NCBI GenBank assembly: GCA_013265495.1
Contig: MU057719.1
Location: 312,001 to 376,000 of the forward strand
Length of the DNA stretch: 64,000 nt
From: Vicugna vicugna
Lineage: Eukaryota
Reading direction: 5' to 3'
Part shown: piece by piece, positions 60,001-64,000 of the stretch
Layout: each line of letters opens with the position of its first letter
Numbering within the stretch: position 1 is the first letter of the stretch
Notes under the pieces: model-generated
Database searches by the model: none
The model's input: the letters and a program-made list of their open reading frames with translations, nothing else
What the model was told of the DNA's origin: nothing
Made by a program: the position numbers and the translations under genes

Positions 60001-61289
60001 ACCGTTTAGGGGACGTGTGGACACAGGGAAGGCTGGGTTTCTGGTTTGGGCATGCCGAACTTGAGCTGCTAGGTAGTCTCATAATTAAGATTATAAGATG
60101 TTGACACATGAGAGTGGGTGACTGGATGCATAGAATTCTGGGTCTCAGGGTGGAGGCTGGAGCTGTGGGGCCGTGCACACAGAGACGCGGAGCCATCACC
60201 ACGTGGGTGGCATTTAAGGGGCCGGGAGAGGCCAGCTGGGGCTGAGCCCTGGCGCTCCCAGGTGGGGAGGAGGCAGAAGAACCAGCAGGAGAGACGGAGA
60301 AGGTCCTGCCCAGAGGGTGAAGGAGGCGATGGCTTCTGGACCGGAAGCCGAGGGCGCTGACGCCAGGCAAGAGCGAGAGCGGCTTAGGAGCTGTCCCGGC
60401 CCAACCTAGAGATCAGGCGCGTTTTGATGCCAAGCCCGATCCCCAGTGCCACAGCCAGAGGAAGCCAATTTTCAGGGCGCCTGAGTCGCTTGCCTCTGCT
60501 GCTGAAGCCCCCGTGGCCCCCCAGCACCCTCAGGTTGAGTCCAGACCCCCTCATGGCCCAAGAGGCCTGAGCTCCGGCCTCGCCCCTCTGCAGCCCCTCC
60601 AGGAAGCCCTTCCTCCATCCCCCTCCGCACTCTCCACAGCCAGGCTCACTCCTCACTGAGGTCTGCTCACTGCTGCCCCCTAGACCTCCAGCTCCAAGAG
60701 GCCTCAACTGTGTGGCCAGCCTGGCTGGGAGCGGACACTGACACACAGCCACAGAACCAGAGCCGTGACCACCGGGAGAGACCACAGGGGTCAGCACACC
60801 CCTCCCCCTGCCCCCTCCCCTTTCCCTCTCTGCTTGGGTCATCCAGTTTCCCCTTGAATGCCCCCCCACGATGGGGTGCTCAGCACCATGCAAAGCAGCC
60901 ATGTCCCCACTCTGGTTATTCCCTCCTGCTGTTGGTTCTAGGCCAGAGCAGGGAACCGGGGCCAACATGGCGGGGGTGGGAGCACGCTGCCCAGCTTGGG
61001 GGCTCTGCCACTTCTCTGCCTCCTCGAGGCCTGGGCACACATCTAGCAGCCTGCTCCCTGGCAGAAGACAGACCCTCTGCTCTCCGATGTGTGCTGTGAC
61101 ACGCAACTTTTCATCTGGACCCATTATTGTAACCTGGTGGAAATAAAGCACTTATCACCCCGAGAAGGAGCCACACAGGTGTTCCCAAATTTTCTTTCCG
61201 CCCGGCCCTCTGAAGCCTGTTCGCCATTCATGCCCATCATCCCAGAGGAAAATAATGTCCTTTCGGCAGTGCACACCCGCTCCACGGAG

Positions 61290-61780
61290 GCACTGTAAGT
61301 ACGTGGCGATGACATCCCGGCAGCGTGGCTGTGTGAGTGATGTCATCTTGGGGGGTTGCCTAGTAACGCGACAACGTTGGGAGGCGCTAATTCTTGAGCG
61401 GGGTAAAGTCACATTTCTGCAGTTCAGTTAATCAGCTTCCTGGCAACTCCGCCAAGATGATCTCATTTTATTCATGATTATTTGATGTAAAATGCACTTT
61501 TAGCTCTAAGAGAACACAAAGATTTAATTCAAAACCCGCCATTGCTTTATGTTTCCAGGGTGTCGTTAACACGGCGTCCATGCAAATAACCATGGTAACA
61601 CACGGGTAATTAGTATACACGGCCGGCAGTATTAATCCCGAGCCAGGACCAGCCCCCAATCAGCGCAGATTACGGCACGTTATTACTGGAGTAATTACCT
61701 GCAGTAACACACAAATTGAGCTAAATGGCCAACTGAAGTAAAGTGAATGGCTTTTTATTCTAGTCCCTAAATAATGTGTC
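61290..61780. promoter_or_regulatory. Candidate enhancer (RFX/POU/SOX/homeodomain motif cluster)
   Basis: AT-rich, non-repetitive island with X-box GTTGCCTAGTAAC (61355-61367), octamer ATGCAAAT (61580-61587), TAATCC, TAATTA and ACAAAG. Confidence 0.6.
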
Positions 61781-63011
61781 TGCCCGCCCGCCGCGCCCTG
61801 GGTGGGGAGCGGGCTTCCTCCCAGACGGGCTTTCCTGGGCGCCTTCTGCGGACCCACCAGCTCCCCCACCCCCGACAGGCACCCCAGGAGAGCGGGGCTG
61901 TCCCGAGTCTTTCTGCAGCGCCCTGGCCCTTCTTCGAAGCCCCGCGGCCTCGCCCAGCTGGCTCGCTCGCTCCCCCAGGGAAGGGGACGCAGCACCTCCC
62001 AGGTCGGGATGGGGTGGAAAGGCAAGGACCTTCCTCCCGGGACAGGACGGGACGTCTTCCTGCCCCTCTGGTGGGTGGGGCAGAGGCGTTCGTTTCCTGT
62101 TACAGGATGTCGCGGGGAGGGGGGGTCAAAGGTTCCTTCTGCCTTTATTAACAGAGCATTTCTCGAATTCCATAAACTTAGCGGATCTTCAAACAGGAAG
62201 TCACCCTGCACCCCGAAAGGGACCTCCGCACGCGTGCTCGACTCGGGGCGGACTGCCTTCCCTCCGGAGAGGCCTGGAGGGACCGAGAGCCATCCTCAGA
62301 TTCACAGGACAAGACTGGCGTGGCCAGATGCCCAGCAGTGGATAAAAGGGGACAAAATCAGCCTGCTTCCAGCCGTTTCCCACTGACACCGGACAAGGCG
62401 AGGGGGCCAGGGGAGTCTGGGCGAGAAGCATCCAGTCCCGCGGTGGACGGACGCGGCGCAGTCCCTCCAGCAGGCCCGGCACCAGGGGCCAGGCTCCAGA
62501 ACGACGGCCACTGGCCGTCAGGCCGACCGTCCAGGGCTGACCTGGAGCCCGAAAGGCACCAAATGCCATGAAGGCAAAGGGCGGGGTTCGGGGGGAGCGT
62601 GAAGGGGGCCGACCTGGCTGGGGGCTTCTCTCAGCAGCGATGCTGAAGCTGAAACCAGAGGGTGAGGGGCTTCGCAGGCCAGGCGGGGGGTTGGAGGAGG
62701 GCCGCGGGCCGGCAGCAGAACCGCCTGCGGACAGACACGCCGGGGGAGAGAAGCGTGACTTCCCAACCCGCGCTGCCCTCCTCCTCCACCCAGGGGTCCC
62801 GGCCGGGGTCACGCCCCTGCGCAAGCACCACCTCAAGACCCGACTCTGAACTAGGGGCCCAGGGTCTGGTAGACGAACCCCAGACCGATCAGGGCTGGTC
62901 CAAGGGGAGGGAGCGTGAGAGGCACAGACGGCCAGATGAAGCAAAACTCCAACTCCCCCGACTCAAAACGAGCCACCGAGCCAGTGTTTTTACAGCACAA
63001 GAAGCAATGGT

Positions 63012-63179
63012 GGCGGGACGGTCGGTCCAGCTCAGTGGCAGAGCACGTGCTTAGCACGCACAAGGTCCTGGGTTCATTTCCCAGTACCTCCATTAAAAAG
63101 AATAATTGAATACACAAAGCTAATTACGTCCTCCCAAAAAAGCAATAAAAACAAAAAGAAGACAAGAACAGCGACAAAA
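63012..63179 (+). mobile_element. tRNA-derived camelid-type SINE with A-rich tail and target-site duplication
   Basis: A box agctcagtgg (63029-63038), B box ggttcatttc (63071-63080), body cccagtacctccattaaaa..ctaattac. TSD AAGAAGCAATGGT (62999-63011) versus AAGAAGAAACGGT (63180-63192). Confidence 0.9.
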
Positions 63180-63289
63180 AAGAAGAAACGGTCGGAAGAA
63201 GAAACTCAGTTTGCACGGCAGTCTGACAAAGACCCTGAGGTTTCATTTCTACGTAGACATACGCAAAATCTAGCAGCTATTAAAAATGA

Positions 63290-63768
63290 ACAAAATGCCA
63301 ATGTACTTGAAAGGTACAGGAAGTTTAGATGAAGTGGGCAAACTTTTTTAAATACAGTAAGAAAATAATTCATCAAAAAAAGGCTAAACATCTAATCTGT
63401 TCTTAGAAACAATAATTAGTACATATACGAAAACTGAAAAATGGGCGGTGTGCTGTTTCTATGTACTTACATGCAACATAATGTGTGTGTGCAGTCGGAC
63501 TGCGAAAATTCTACGTAATAAAGCTGGGGGGAAAAGTACGTGCATGTATGACTGAAGCGTCGTGCTGCACACCAGAAGCTGACACAAATTGTAAAGCTGA
63601 CTGTATGCCAATAAATACACAAATACACAAAAAAGAAAAAGAAAACAAACTCAAGAAGACACGGGAAACTAATAGAAATAGAAAACCTGAGCAGTCCTAT
63701 AACCACCAGACAAATTTAATCAGTAAAAAAAACCTTTTCTAAATAGAGAACCTCAGGTCATGCTGGAT
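63290..63768 (+). mobile_element. Old L1 ORF2 fragment interrupted by a camelid-type L1 3' end (about 63540-63650)
   Basis: ttagatgaagtgggcaaact.. and gaaatagaaaacctgagcagtcctataac.. are ORF2 sense fragments; atgactgaagcgtcgtgctgcacaccagaagctgacacaaattgtaaagctgactgta plus an A-rich tail is a young L1 end. Confidence 0.75.
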
Positions 63769-64000
63769 GAAAACAGAAGCAGTTCTGTTTCTTCCTCTCC
63801 AATCTGTGTGCCTCGTATTTTTTTTCCTGCCTTATTCCACTGGCAGCACTCGCTCCACACACTGCTGAAGGGGAGAGGCGACACTGCGCGCCTTCGCTCT
63901 GCTCCTGCTCTTGGAGGGAAGCCATTCAGTATTTCATCACTAATTATGATGCTAGCTGTAGGTTTCCTGTAGACATCGTCTGTGAGACTGAGGAAATTCC
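63769..64000 (-). mobile_element. L1 ORF2 reverse-transcriptase region fragment, antisense, running off the window
   Basis: ttcttcctctccaatctg..gccttattccactggc..cattcagtatttcatcactaattatgatgctagctgtaggttt..tgaggaaattcc matches the antisense L1 RT region. Confidence 0.85.

Noticed and set aside
63020..63090. tRNA-like sequence with A and B boxes
   Set aside because: Followed by a SINE body, A tail and TSD, so it is a SINE head rather than a tRNA gene.
1..64000. Attempt to name the host locus or find known miRNAs
   Set aside because: No exon or mature miRNA sequence was recognisable; the locus cannot be assigned without alignment.

Overview
GC-rich mammalian genomic DNA, most likely from a camelid. 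This rests on a tRNA-derived SINE at 63012-63179 and two L1 3' ends at 29210-29510 and 63540-63650 that match camelid repeats as I remember them. No protein-coding gene, RNA gene or CRISPR array can be supported. The long ORFs in the track are artefacts of high GC and stop-codon depletion; the only recognisable peptides are decayed L1 ORF2 fragments. The window looks like a large intron or a regulatory gene desert. It holds old repeats (MIR, L2, CR1/L3, MLT1, ERVL/LTR33, MER5A, L1M), one ERV1 MER41-like LTR, microsatellites, an 89-N assembly gap, and about ten short AT-rich, motif-dense islands that resemble developmental enhancers. The most unusual signal is two ancient, normally AT-rich L1 3' ends (about 28590-29200 and 35525-36060) that have been rewritten by A/T-to-G/C changes into CpG-island-like DNA. 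The first now carries a YY1/Kozak AAGATGGCG motif followed by a donor-like site, so it mimics a first exon. I could not identify the host locus. Repeat family names come from remembered consensus sequences, their boundaries are approximate, and none was confirmed by a search.
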